A stretch of 64,000 bases of DNA from assembly GCA_951406725.2 (NCBI GenBank), contig OX597830.1:62186001-62250000 (forward strand), given 5' to 3'. Within the stretch, counting starts at the first letter, position 1, and every line of letters begins with the position of its first letter. Below, one piece after another: positions 1 through 14,690 of this stretch. The position numbers were made by a program, and so were the translations under genes. The notes under the pieces are model-generated. The model did not search any database and was not told the origin of the DNA. It saw nothing but the letters and a program-made list of their open reading frames with translations. This DNA is from Octopus vulgaris (taxonomy: Eukaryota).

Positions 1-448
1 TGCCTGTCACCTGCATGGTAAGGAATACTACATTGGGAGTGGTAACGACTGCTGACTGCTTATTGTGATCATTCGTCTTTTGGTTTCCTGTAGCTTTGCT
101 CTCTTTTACAAACCCAGTGAACATATATTTCCTATCTCAAAGAAATTCAAACAATAGATATAAGATCCAAGTTAAAAAGATTCTCAACAATCCAACTTCT
201 CTGGTTGACATTAAGATGCCCACCCCCGATAGGGGCCTTAACTCTCACATTTTAGAGCTCCATGACCTCCATTTTTCAGGAGCAAAATCCTTTTAACAGG
301 TTCTATAAGACTGGAATTTTGGGATATGCGCATAAAAATCAGTAGTGTGGGATACATGTGGCACGATTGCAATTTTGATGAAATTCGAAACAATTCCAGT
401 TCATTAGAGAAAATATAACAGAAAAGTCTAATTCTTCAATTGTATGTA

Positions 449-478
449 ACTCGGGCAACGCCGGGTAACTCTGCTAAT
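449..478 (+). mobile_element. Helitron-like 3' terminus (subterminal hairpin plus degenerate CTAG end)
   Basis: ACTCGG-GCAACG-CCGGGT hairpin followed about 8 nt later by CTAA (CTRR); the 5' end is not identified in the window. Confidence 0.55.
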
Positions 479-1675
479 AAATATATATTGATAGTTTGGT
501 GATTGCTCTCCATTCATTTGCTACCAGCCATTATATGTATATATAACGAAAGACAGCCTGTGTATTTAATGTTTTTAATGCAACCTTTTCAAAATGAAAA
601 TGTTTTGAAATATGAAATTATCTAACTTAGCTACATTAATTTTCCATAATAAACAAAATTATTCTTATTCAAAAGTAATTTATTTTCATACTTTTCATAA
701 ATATATTTTGTGATCAACACATCAACGTATTTCCCGAAAGACAGAACGAAATTTAGATGGGTATGGAAATTAATGGCGAGTAAAAAATATATATATCTAT
801 ATAAATATAATAAAAATAAATGAACAAAAACTAATTTATTTAAGTTTCAAAAATGCCATTAATTACAAATTTTAATTTCGTGGAACCAATTATTAAACCT
901 GATTTTAAACGATCAGCGGCTTAATTGGTTGTGAAAGAGGATTTGGCATTGATCGCTTCTGATATAATAAAACGAAAATGCTTGGTCAAATAAATTCGTA
1001 CTGGAAGACGGTGAATAAACAGAATTGTTAAAGCAGCGTATAGAAACGTGTGCTTTGTGGTAATTATAACGGTCCTTTGTGTTATGAGTTCAAATCCTAC
1101 CGTAATCGAATTTGCCTTTCATCATTTTGAGGTCGATAAAATAAAGTAACAGTGCCATATTGGTTGGACCCATGTGTACAGAAACTCTACTTTTTCCGTT
1201 GAGAGCTTATATGCCCCGTGATTAGATTATTTTCTCAAGTCATTACACGGTGGTCGCTTATGAGCTTTGAGCTTATGAAATATTATTATTATCATTCATA
1301 TATATATAGGGTTCAGCAAAATTTGCTTCACCACATACCGAAGTTTAGAAATAGCAGTCAAACTACTATTTTTCTACTACTATAAGATATCTCCCAGACA
1401 GCAATACTCAACAACTCACGCAGGTAAAGAGAAAAAATAACGAATATACCCGGCTCTGATTAACGTGCAAGTGGCTGAGCACTCCACAGACACGTGTACC
1501 CTTAACGTAGTTCTCAGCGAGATTCACCATGGCACAGGGTGTGAAAAGGTTGGCCCTTTGAATTACAGGTACTACGCATTTTTGCCAGCTGAGGACACAA
1601 CGCACTACCACTGGGAATCGAACCATCGGCCTTACCCTAACCACTAAGCCACGCATCACCACCCACATATAATAA

Positions 1676-2032
1676 GCCTTTCTATTATAAACACAAGGCC
1701 TAAAATTTAGGGGAGGGGAACAGCCGGTACTTAATTTATTGACCCCGGAAGGATGAAAGGTAAAGTCGACCTCGGCGGAATTTGAACTCAGAACACGAAG
1801 ACAGACGAAATACCTATTTCTTTACTACCCACAAGGAGCAAAACACAGAGAGGACAAACAAGGACAGACAAACGGATTAAGTCGATTATGTCGTAACTGG
1901 TACTTATTTAATCGACCCCGAAAGGATGAAAGGCAAAGTCGACCTCGGCGGAATTTGAACTCAGAATGTAGCGGCAGACGAAATACCGCTAAGCATTTCG
2001 CCCGGCGTGCTAACGTTTCTGCCAGCTTGCCG
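1676..2032 (-). mobile_element. SINE family A (tRNA-derived), head-to-tail dimer
   Basis: Sense strand has an A-box-like TGGCAGAAACGTTAG, a B-box GAGTTCAAATTCC, the domain GCCTTTCATCCTTTCGGGGTCGAT and the tail GTGGGTAGTAAAGAAATA; more than 20 copies in the window. Confidence 0.9.
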
Positions 2033-2045
2033 ATTTCACTCGTAT

Positions 2046-2242
2046 ATACTCTTTTACTCTTTTACTTGTGCCAGTCGAGCAAATCGATCCCAGGACTTAT
2101 TCTTTGTAAGCCTACTACTTATTCTATCGGTCTCTTTTGCCGAACCGCTAAGTTACGGGGACGTAAAGACACCAGCATCGGTTGTCAAACGATGTTGGGG
2201 GGACAAACACAGACACACAAACATATGCACACACACACATAT

Positions 2243-2311
<69 letters not shown>

Positions 2312-2472
2312 CGACGGGCTTCTTTCAGTTTCTGTCATCCAAATCCACTCACAAGGCTTTGGTCGGCCCGAGGCTATAGCAGAAGACACTAGCCCAAGGT
2401 GCCACGCAGTGGTACTGAACCCGGAACTGTGTGGTTGGTAAGCAAGCTACTTACCACACAACCACTCCTACA
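2046..2472 (-). mobile_element. SINE family B (tRNA head, CORE-like CCTTGGGCAAGT, internal (TA)n(TG)n, LINE-derived tail)
   Basis: Same modular layout as the copies at 4311-4724, 34890-35348, 44352-44790 and 46637-46985. Confidence 0.85.
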
Positions 2473-3242
2473 TATACTAATAAATGGTATCATAATTTTA
2501 TTGTAATATACACTCACACAGCCACACACACATACACACTCACCTCACACACACACACACACAAATACACACACACACACCCATGCACGCACGCACGCAC
2601 ACACAATTATGTTGAACTTCCATTTTGCCCTTAGATTGTTCCCACGTTATCTCTGAACATCCGTCTTAATTGTGAAGCAACAAGTTTGATCGCCCACCCT
2701 CAGTCACTCTGTCTCCACACCCTCTCGCGCTCTCCCTCTCCCTCTCCCCATATCTCTCTCTCTCTATATATATATATCTAGGCGTGTATGTGTGTGTGTG
2801 CGCGTGTGTGTGTGTGTGTGTGTGTGTCTAACAAGCCCTTCAATCATTAGTCCTTTATAATTTCCCTGATAAATATCTTGGTAAAGAGATAGCCGTAGAA
2901 CTGGGGATATAGTCAGATACACAAACACACACACACACACACACCACAGTGAGTAGGTGCCGTAGAGAAATGAGCTCGAAGCTCTACTATGTACATCAAT
3001 GTCAAAATGCGTTCCAACGAGAGATCCGTTAGTTATTTGTTTGAAACGCATGCAGCAGCAGCAGCCAAATGTCCCTCAAATCAACTTTTCCTCTTGAGAA
3101 AAAGATGGAAAGACATCCTGGTACGATGTAAACTGAGATAAACTACTTCAGAAAGTAGGATGATCACGACTAGAATACCCTTGCTCATATGTCTGCTTAA
3201 ACAAACCTTTCCTGGGGTTAAATAAACTCTACCACCAATTTT

Positions 3243-3568
3243 ATGGAGGCGCAATGGACCAGTGGTTAGGGCAGCGGACTCGCGGTCGGAGGATCGCTGT
3301 TTCGATTCCCAGACCGGGCATGTGTGTTTATTGAATGAAAACACCTAAAAAGCTCCACGAGGTTCCAGCAGGGAGTAGTGGCGACTCCTGTTGTTCTATT
3401 TCGCCCCAACTTTCTCTCACTCTTTCTTCCTGTTTCTTGAGTAACGCTGCGATGGACTGGGGTCCCGTCCAGCTGGGGGAAACACATACGCCATAGAAAC
3501 CGGGAAACCGGGCCCATGAGCCTGGCCAGGTTTGAAAAGGCAGCATAAATAAAATTAAAAAATAATAA
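3243..3568 (+). mobile_element. SINE family C (tRNA-like head) with V-domain-like tail
   Basis: Head GGAGGCGCAATGGACCAGTGGTTAGGGCAGCGGACTCGCGG...GTTTCGATTCCC; tail GATGGACTGGGGTCCCGTCCAG...; A-rich end; 12-bp TSD ACCACCAATTTT at 3231-3242 and 3569-3580. Confidence 0.9.
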
Positions 3569-3751
3569 ACCACCAATTTTGTTTAAATAGTTCACGTCGA
3601 GGTCGACTCTATCTTTCGTCGATTCGATGTCGACAAAGTACCAGTGACGTACTACGGACGGGGTCATCGACTTGCCCCTCCTCTTAAAATTACGGGTCTT
3701 GCACCAAAATTTATAAACGAAATGTCACTGCAGTATAAGCTGAGATAAGCT

Positions 3752-3825
3752 GACGGGTATATGGCGTAGTGGTTAAGAGCGCGGACTACTTACCCCAAGA
3801 TTCCGAGTTCGATTCCTGGCAATGT

Positions 3826-3863
<38 letters not shown>

Positions 3864-3984
3864 GTACTAGAATAAGTACTAGGCTTACAAAAAATAAGTC
3901 CTGGGGTCGATTAGCTCGACTAAAGGCGGCACTCCAACATGGCCACAGTCAAATGACTGAAACAAGTAAAAGAGTAGAGTAAAG

Positions 3985-4033
<49 letters not shown>

Positions 4034-4180
4034 CAACAACAACAACATCGAAAAATACCTTAGGAATAAGAACCCAAGACACCTGATGAAGGCTGGAGGT
4101 TATATCAGCCGAAACGTTGTGTTAACAACAAACAAGATGAGGACAAATACTCGTCAATGTAAATAATGTTAATAATGTAT
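3752..4180 (+). mobile_element. SINE family E: tRNA-like head, (AAT)n/(AAC)n tract, hammerhead-bearing tail (interrupted by a SINE-B tail fragment at about 3862-3983)
   Basis: A-box TGGCGTAGTGG, B-box GAGTTCGATTCC; the same tail recurs inverted at about 26075-26250; ends in AATGTAAAT-type repeats. Confidence 0.75.
4078..4123 (+). ncRNA. Minimal type-I hammerhead ribozyme
   Basis: Stem I GACAC/GTGTT; core CTGATGA at 4083-4089; stem II GGCTG/CAGCC; GAAA at 4111-4114; palindromic stem III ACGT; GUU cleavage triplet. Confidence 0.85.
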
Positions 4181-4310
4181 AAAATGAAAGGTTGTGATGG
4201 TCACGGCTAGAATGCCTGTGACTACAGGTCTATTTAAACAAGGTTGACTTGAGGTTAAATAAACTTTTTATTTTGTTTCAAAATTTCGCCTGTAATGTAA
4301 GCTGAGATAA

Positions 4311-4724
4311 ACTCTTTACTCTTTTACTCTTTTACTTGTTTCAGTCATTTGACTGCGGCCATGCTGGAGCACCGCCTTTAATCGAGCAACTCGACCCCGG
4401 GACTTATTCTTTTGTAAGCCCAGTACTTATTGTATCGGTCTCTTTTGCCGAACCGCTAAGTAACGTGGACATAAACACACCAGCATCGGTTGACAAGCAA
4501 TGCTAGGGGGACAAACACAGACACACAAACACACACACGCATATATATATACATATATACGACGGGCTTCTTTCAGTTTCCGTCTACCAAATCCACTCAC
4601 AAGGCTTTGGTCGGCCCGAGGCTATAGTAGAAGACACTTGCCCAAGGTACCACGCAGTGGGACTGAACCCGGAACCATGTGGTTGGTAAACAAGCTACTT
4701 ACCACACAGCCACTCCTGCGCCTA
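4311..4724 (-). mobile_element. SINE family B, near full length
   Basis: Head GGCGCAGGAGTGGCTGTGTGGTAAG, CORE-like segment, microsatellite, tail GGCGGTGCTCCAGCATGGCCGCAGTCAAATGACTGAAACAAG(TAAAAGAG)n. Confidence 0.9.
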
Positions 4725-5383
4725 TACTACTCAAAATGACGGGATGGTCATGGCTAGGATGTCCTTAATTATAGGTCTGTTTGATCAAGCCTGACCTGGG
4801 GTTAAATATACACACACGCTGCCCATTTTTGTTTCAACATTCCGCTGTTTCATGTCAGAGACAGTAAACAACAGAGTTTGCTAAAATGGCTGACCTCGGC
4901 TGATATCTGATATGGTAGATCAAGTGAAATAGTCATTATTTATTCATAGCTTTTAATTGTGTTTGACATGCGTTTTAGTATGTCACAAGTGAACTCCATT
5001 GCGCATGTGCACACATTCCACTTTCTCCGAGATGATTCAGCACATATAATAATCGTATTTTCCGTAAACAACTCTCCCGAGATCCGAGTTAGAAGCATGT
5101 GATGTGTTTAGTTTGATGTACTTCGTCATAGAGTTGTTGTTTCCTGTGGCTTTTCTGATTTGCAACCAGACATCGTTTCAATAATACATTAAGCATTGCT
5201 ATAGGCGTGGACATGGTTAAGATACTCTCGCATTACAACCATGAGGTTTCGGGTTCAATCGCAGAGCGTGGCTCTTTAAGCCTTTTCTACAATAATTCCA
5301 GATTTGTGAGTCTTGTGAGTGGATTTGGTACACAGAAAGCCTATTATATATATATATATACACACACACGCAGATATATATAT

Positions 5384-5477
<94 letters not shown>

Positions 5478-5771
5478 GAGTTAGATAGAAAGATAGATAG
5501 ATAGATATACGTGTTTGTATGTGCGTGTGTGAGTATGTGTATGTATCTATGTATGTATGTATCTATGTATATATATATCGTGGGTGTGCGGAAAGAAGCT
5601 TGCTTGGCAACTGTATGGTTCCGGGTTCAGTCTCACTGCGTGGGACCTTGGGCAAGTGTTTTCTACTAATGCCTTGGATTGACCAAAGTCTGTAAGTGGA
5701 TTTGGCAGACGGAAACTGAAAGAAGCCGACGTGTATATATGTATACACAGAGGGGATAAATACAAATCTAG

Positions 5772-7603
5772 AGCTTTTCTTTTCGAAAATGAAGAAGAAA
5801 AAGGGAAAAAATTAGAAAAAAAAAGGTAAAATTCCGATCAAAAGGGATCGGGGAAATAAAAGAAAAAGAAAATAAAAGACGATCAAAAGGGATCGTGTAT
5901 CACAGAAGAATTTTGAAAATGTAAAAAGCAAGATTAGGTTTATCCGTGGAAAGAAAAGCCTACGGAAAAGACTACGGTAGCCTCAGGCAGGGAGGAAATA
6001 AACACATGAGAGCAAAGTGCTCTCTCTCTTTTACGATTTACAGGATCATGCTCAAAGTGGTTTCGTCACTCGCACGCACCATCTTTGCTACATTCACCTA
6101 CCTTTTTTTGAAACTTTCAGGAGACAAAACCTGCCTCTCTATTCTTACCTTCCTTTTCAAGTGGTACTTAAAAAAGGTGATGAGCAATTGGCCAGAGAGG
6201 TAGGTGTTTGTCTCTAATCCTTTCGCTCAAGTCCACCACACACATTCTTTCATTGTGGCCACCAGTACGACGAAGACTGCCTTGCCTTCCCGGTTGAGGT
6301 GAAGGTGGTGGAGCAATTATCACGACAGACTCGGCCGACGGGCGGACTCGGCCGACGGGCGGACTCGTCCCACACGTGACAGCTGCCGTTCGGCATAAGC
6401 CCACATGTTCGAAATGGTTGGACACTGCACGAGCGTGTGCAAAATGGTTTTGTCGCTCTGACCGCACCTCGGGCAAGTCGGTCCGGTGTGTCTCGAACCG
6501 TGTCTGTAGAGCTTATCCCGAACAGGTAAAGCTTCTCGATAGCACTGCCAGGCCAGGGATCTTTGATGATTGTCTATAGGTCCCAGCCCGAAAGTTGTCT
6601 TGAACAGGCGGATCAGGTGTTTCTCGTCGACGCCCAGATTCTTCCCGAGAACGTCGTCGCATCTCCCCTCCACTAATCCTCTATAGAACGCCTTTGTTGT
6701 AATGAAGTCGCACAAGTTTGGTCCCGGACGGCAGAGTTGCTTGAGAGCAACGCGACACTCGCGGTGCCGTTCGCCTAGCCTCGGTCTCTGTTTGATCCAC
6801 GACTGCAGTTCGGCCAAGGAGACGAGCTGCGAGAAAGCGCGCCGCACAAATGGCAACCACACTTGTTCACCGTCGTCTATGAAGTGCCGGAGATGTCGCA
6901 GTCTCAACGCATGTCTGCGCATCATCAACCATGGCATGCCTAGCCCTCTATTTAGCAGATATTGACAGCAAATGGATCGCCTAACTATCGGAACGCTTCC
7001 CTTCCATAGGAAGCGGGAGAGTATGCGTTCCAGTTTGGTGATGGTAGGGTCAGGACAAGGCACGACGGTCAGACGGTACTCGATGACGGATGCGATGTAT
7101 GCGTTCGCCACCTCCGCCCGACCTTATAGGGATAGCTTCCTCTCGGCCCATTGCTGGGTGAGAGTGGCAATCCTAGTCGTTGTTTCGCCCCAGTTCTTCT
7201 CCATTTGGAGGTGCGGACCTAATCAAACTCCGAGAAATTTAACCGGTCCGTCGGTCCAGCGTCCCACGATGGAGACGCTGTTGGACGGCATGGGCTTGCT
7301 TCTCCAGGTGCCGAGCTGCAAGCCCACTGACTTTACCCGGTTAATTTTTGCTCCCGTTACCGCTTCGTATTCTTTTAGTTTCTTGCCGACCAGGTCGATG
7401 TGCTCGTAGCTCGACACTATGACGGTGACGTCGTCCGCGTATGCAGACACGCTCCTCGCGTATCCCAGCTCTCGCGGGATACCTGTCGGCGTCGCCAGCT
7501 TCCGCAGTAGTGGCTCAAGAGCCAATACATACAGAAGCGACGAGAGGGAACATCCTTGACGAACCGAACGCATGATGTTAAATGGTCTGGATAGATGACC
7601 ATT
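5772..7603 (-). mobile_element. 5'-truncated, frameshifted L1/Tx1-like non-LTR retrotransposon (RT C-half plus CCHC)
   Basis: ORF 7223-7573 has RQGCSLSSLLYVLALEPL and SAYADDVT; ORF 6320-7111 has RFLWKG, GLGMP and CPRCGQSDKTILHTLVQC; pyrimidine-rich 3' UTR; 5' end abuts (GATA)n. Confidence 0.88.
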
Positions 7604-8596
<993 letters not shown>

Positions 8597-9172
8597 CGAA
8601 AATATCGGCCATTTTGTTTTAAGTATATATAAGTATATCCGTTTCCGGTCGCAGTGAATCCATGATGTCATCTTGAAGCATGGGTTACAAACTGGAGTGA
8701 ATTGTTACCGTTTTCGCCCGGCAGGTCCGATGTTTAGAGTTGTAAGAGATGTTAGATAAAAGAGTTGTGATATTCATGCCTTCGTTATTAGAAGCCTCAT
8801 TTAGGCTTAAAAGCCTCATTTTCGCTTAAAAGAAGGCCTTATTTTTATAGGAAAGACTAACAGAGAAGTAGTGACGTTCCGTCTTTTCTCAGATACGTAT
8901 GTAGCATATACGATGCGTAATGGCTGAAACTGGCACTTGAAACCACGGAGATAAATATTACCATTTGATATTAGTATTGCTTTGGTCGTTAATGATTATT
9001 TTTAATAAGCTCACTGGCTATTCGTGGCAACAGTGCCCGGCTAGACACGGAGACTCTATGTATATTGCTGGCGAGGATATCGCTGCTGTCTCCCAGTGTC
9101 TGGGTGTCTGCCATTGACAAGGCCAGGGAAGGTCGGAATCACGTTTCTCTCATGGTAACTAAGGCAGTATTC

Positions 9173-9699
9173 GGATCTTTTCCTTTTGATCGGCAGTTTT
9201 CAACACAATTTCACTGTTATGTTTACGTTCGGAAAGCGTGTGTATAAAATTATAGAATTATTTTGTTTGTTAATTGTTTAAATTATTTTCCATTGCTTTC
9301 GTTTTTTTTTTCTTAAGCAATGGAAAATAGTTTAAACAATACACGTGCATCTCAAAACAAAAACTCAAAACAAAAACAAAACGAATAATTCTAGACGCAC
9401 GCGTAACAATTAAGAAAAAAAAACGAAAGACTAAAATTTAGGGTTAGGGTTAGGGTTAGGGTCAGTGACAGGATGTTGTCTCAGTTTTAGACGCAGCAAA
9501 TGATTTTAGCTAAATAGAGGTCATCAATTGGTTAAAATTCGAAAAATTAAACTACGTTAAACTTACAAATTATAATTTTCTCAAGAAACCTAAGAGAAAA
9601 AAATGTTTTATTTTGACACATTCTACCAGTATACGAAGTTTAAAGGTGTTTAGTTAACTAGAAATTGTGTTGAAAACTGCCGTTCAAAAGGAAAGATCC
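9173..9699. mobile_element. MITE with GGATCTTT...CGGCAGTTTT TIRs, diverged subfamily
   Basis: About 40-bp imperfect TIRs; perfect 8-bp TSD CAGTATTC at 9165-9172 and 9700-9707; internal (TTAGGG)4. Confidence 0.9.
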
Positions 9700-9764
9700 C
9701 AGTATTCAGTGTTGTTGCGCAACATCCACTTTTAAGTGGGGATAAGCATTACTGTTTATTATTT

Positions 9765-9988
9765 TTTAGGGTTAAGCTTTGGATTAGGGTTAATGTTTAG
9801 GTAAGGGTTAGAATTAGCCTTTATGTATGAGTTATGGTTAGGTTTAATACTAGGGATCATCTTAGGCAAAGGATAAATGTTTAGATTAGGGTTAGGCTTA
9901 GAATTAATGCCAGGGATAGGATTAGGCTTAGCGTTAATATATGGATTACGGTTAGAATTAGGTTCGGGTTAGGATTAAGGTTAGGATT
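9765..9988 (+). repeat. Degenerate interstitial telomere-like (TTAGGG) array
   Basis: 6-bp periodic TTAGGG variants. Confidence 0.75.
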
Positions 9989-10147
9989 CTATATACGACG
10001 GGCTTCTTTCAGTTTCTTTCTACCATATCCACTCACTTGCTTGACCCAAGGTTTTAGTAAAAGACACTTGCTCAAGGTGCCAGCAGAGGGACTGAACCCG
10101 GTACCATGTGGTTGAGAAGAAAGCTTTTTACCACACAGCCGCGCCTG

Positions 10148-10185
<38 letters not shown>

Positions 10186-11229
10186 TGTATATGGACTTCA
10201 CTCCCTTACCGCCTGATAACCGGTGTTCGTTTGTTTATGTTCTCCTAACTTAGCCGTTCGGCAATAAGTACCCGACTTAAAAAAATAATAAAAATACAAA
10301 AAAAGAAGTGGGTGGAAATGTAAGTACTGGGTCGATATTTTTGTCTAAATCCTTGAAGCTGGTTCCCTAGTGTGGTCGTAGACCAATGGCTGAAAAGAGT
10401 GAAAAATAAAAGATGTATGTGTGTATGTATGTATGCGCAAGTGAGGCTGTGTGATAAGAAGCTTGTTCAGTTCCACTGCGTGGCACCTTGGGCAAGTGTC
10501 TTCTGCTACAGCCTCGAGGCCACCAAAGCCTTGCGAATGGCTTTAGTAGACAGAAACTGAAAGAAGCCCGTCGAATATATATATGTGCGTGTGCGTCGTG
10601 TGTGTGTGTTTGCTCCCTGCCTTTCATTGGTGCTGGTGTATTTACGTCCCCGTAAATTAGTGGTCTGGCAAAAGAGACTGGTAGAATTAGTACCATTCTT
10701 TTTTTTTAAAAAAAAAACAAGTATATTCGCCAAAAAATTTCTTGAAGGTGGTGTCCCAGCATGGCCGCAGTCTGAAAACTGAAACAAGTAAAAGATAAAA
10801 GATATGGTCGCACACATCGACACAACAACCAATGCCTGTAAACTCAATAATAAACGCACCAAAAATAACAACAGCGACGACAACAACAACAACAACAGCA
10901 AGAACTCCTCAAGAAGCTGTAATGGTTTATCTTCTTCATCAAAATAATTAAAGACCAATCTCAGGAATTTGGTATTTTCCTGTCGTAAAGTAAATCAGTT
11001 GAAACAGCTTTAATCTATGATTACTCAGAACGCAACAGGAAGTGAGCAAGTGAGCGAAAAGAGTGGGTAACGCACGCGCACAGACATACGTACGCACGCA
11101 CTCGCGCGCATGCACACACACGCACACACACACACACATATACATACTCACACAAACGCACACACAAACACAAACATACATACGCACACATACGTATGCG
11201 CATACACACATATTTATACACGTACATAC

Positions 11230-11284
<55 letters not shown>

Positions 11285-11632
11285 CACATATATATATACA
11301 CACATATATATACACACACACGTAACATATATATGTATATATATATATACATGCAGAAAGAGAGAGGGGGAGAGAGAGAGATGCATATTTATACATATAT
11401 ATGCCGTCTAAGAATTTTGACCTGGAGATCTCCATTTTCAGCGACTTTAAGGGCCACCTCCCTGTGGTGTCGGGTGTCAACGAAGAGCCCTCGACTACAA
11501 CAAGACGACCAAGGTTTTTTTTCCAAGTTCTGGGGTCTCCCGCCCCTAATCCCTTGACCATCACCTAATCACCCTTACCCGTCTTGTTGCCTAATAACAA
11601 CACATACATATATTATATATGTATATATATAT

Positions 11633-12262
11633 AATTAATCCTCAGATCATCGGTGAGGTACGTCATAAAATATAATTTGTCGAAAATTAATATCCAATTT
11701 TTTCACCCTCATTTTTTACTTTAATTATAAATTAATAAGTTCTCAAACCGGTGTAAACTACTGCTGTGAATTACTTATGCAGTATTTATTTCCGGAAATT
11801 TGGCGCGCTAGAACGAGGGCATTTGAATATAACTGTGAATATAATAGGCCGAACTGCTCGTGATTTTGACCTCATGTTAATATATAGCGTGCAGTTCGAC
11901 AAATTAAATTTTATGACGTACTCCACCGATGATCTGAGGATTAATTATGTAAGTAAAATTGCGTAATTTATTAACAGTGAAACAATTGTATGGAGTTAAC
12001 CTATATTTTTGTTATTTTTCATTTGTACTGCTCGCTTACGTTCATAGTCTGCTAAATTTTTCTTGAGAACAATTCTTAGTGGTTGGGACCCTTGCGGATC
12101 TATCTCTAGCGTAAGAGCGTCCACATAGTGGATTCTCTCTCATTTTTGTGTATTAATAATATTTACTGAATCTCAGTCTTTTATGCGCTGGACCACTGGT
12201 GTTTAAATTGATGTTATTAAATTAATATCCAATTTTTTCACCCTCATTTTTGAGTTTAATTA
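11633..12262. mobile_element. Penelope-like pseudo-LTR fragment with internal inversion and hammerhead
   Basis: Inverted repeat 11633-11693/11895-11946; direct repeat 11686-11727/12219-12262; second copy at 49850-50141; flanked by (TA)n; PLE assignment inferred from the ribozyme and architecture. Confidence 0.65.
11920..11996 (+). ncRNA. Type-I hammerhead ribozyme (U4C core variant)
   Basis: Stem I ACTCCA/TGGAGT; core CCGATGA; stem II CTG...CAG; GAAA at 11979-11982; palindromic stem III ACAATTGT; GUA site. Confidence 0.78.
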
Positions 12263-12268
12263 TATATA

Positions 12269-13030
12269 TTTTTTTATCTAGTTTCAGCTCACAAGCTGTG
12301 GCCATGCTGGGGCACCGCCATTTGGTGTTGCTACATGATTTTACTTCACGAATGCTTTTTAGCAATTGCCATTTGGTGCATGAGAGAGTTCAATGCAGCT
12401 GCCCTCATCTGCCCCTCCTGCCGTGAAATTGGTTCATCTGGGACACCTGACAAGAAGAGATCCAGTTTCATTTTAAAGACATCTGCATCCACCTCATGCA
12501 GGTCTCTTAGGTTCTTCGGGAGGATATTGAAGAGCTATGGGCCTCGGAAGCCAAGTATCTTGTCCTACATCTTGATGGCAATTTTGAAGTCCTTGGCACT
12601 ATGCAGTGGCGCCCAGTTCTGGCATTTGTGTAACTCTCGATGCCAAAGTTTGGGACAAGTCCTTCTAGGATCTTCCAGATGTATATTATGGCATATCTTT
12701 CTCGCCTACGCTCTAAGGAATAGAGTCTCAATCTCTTGAGTCTTTCCCAGTAGCTTATATGCTGCACAGACGCCATCTTCTTCGTGTAGCTACGTTGGAT
12801 CGCCTCAAGTTCTGTGATCAACTTGACACTGGATGGTGACCATAGCTGAGAGCAATAGTCAAAGTGGCTTAGGACAAGTGTCCTCCAGAGGACCATCATG
12901 GTTTCCTGGTCTCTTGTTCTAAAAGTTCTAAGAATACATCCGGTCAGCCGCCTACATTTCATTGCCAATTTAGCAACATGCACATGAAAGGTTGCATCAT
13001 CACTCATGTAAATACCCAGGTCACGCACTG
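12269..13030 (-). mobile_element. 5'-truncated CR1/L2-group LINE (ORF2 C-terminus plus 3' tail)
   Basis: DLGIYMS...LVLSHFDYCSQLWSP...LEAIQR...YWERLKRLRLYSLERRRER; 3' tail GGCGGTGCCCCAGCATGGCCACAGCTTGTGAGCTGAAACTAGAT(A)n. Confidence 0.9.
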
Positions 13031-13705
<675 letters not shown>

Positions 13706-13832
13706 ACACACAATGCGCGGAGTATCCTGAAGCTAGAGAAGACACTTGCTCAAGATGACACGCAGTGAAATCGAAGCCCCTACCACACGGCAGCGAACTG
13801 AACCTCTCAATCAGCCATGCCAGCGCTTATAC

Positions 13833-14064
13833 TTATTTCGTTATTACCCACAAGGGGCTAAACACAGAGGGGACAAACAAGGACAGACATAGGTATTAAG
13901 TCGATTACATCGACCCCAGTGCGTAACTGGTACTTAATTTATCGACCCCGAAAGGATGAAAGGCAAAGTCGACCTCGGCGGAATTTGAACTCACAACGTA
14001 ACGCAGACGAAATACCGCTAGGCATTTCACCCGGCGTGCTAACGTTTTTGCCAGCTCGCCGCTT
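13833..14064 (-). mobile_element. SINE family A, full length
   Basis: Matches the family A consensus head to tail. Confidence 0.9.
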
Positions 14065-14321
14065 ATACTACAAATGCTTACACCCTCCTAAAATTCATGT
14101 TTGCAGAACAGATTCTACACTCGAATAAACCCCGTTATTTTTGACGGGTACTGCTGTGGTTGTTTCATTATTTACGACTTCGATTCCGTGCTTCGTGCTT
14201 AACTATTTCGAAATAACATTCGGACATTCTTGTTGATAACGAAGAGAGAATCATCAGTTAAAAAAAATAGACGTTATTGATTTCTTGTTATCTCTTGTTG
14301 TAGCTAGCAATGCCGGATCTA

Positions 14322-14524
14322 TGGATGGTAGTAGTAGTGGTAGCGGTGGTGGTGGTAGTAGTGGTGGTGGTGGTGGTTGTGGTGGTGGGGAGGGGGCGGC
14401 TGCAGCAGCTTGTGGTTGTTGTGGATGTGATTCTCGTGATAATGGCAGTTGACTAATGCACATCCTTGTTTTATTCTTAAAATAGAATGACTAAACGCTT
14501 TAGTTAGTGTACAATCTGCCACCG

Positions 14525-14574
<50 letters not shown>

Positions 14575-14646
14575 ACTACTACTACTACTACTACTACTAC
14601 TATTACTACTACTACTACTACTAATATTGTGGTGCTGCTGCTGCTG

Positions 14647-14690
<44 letters not shown>

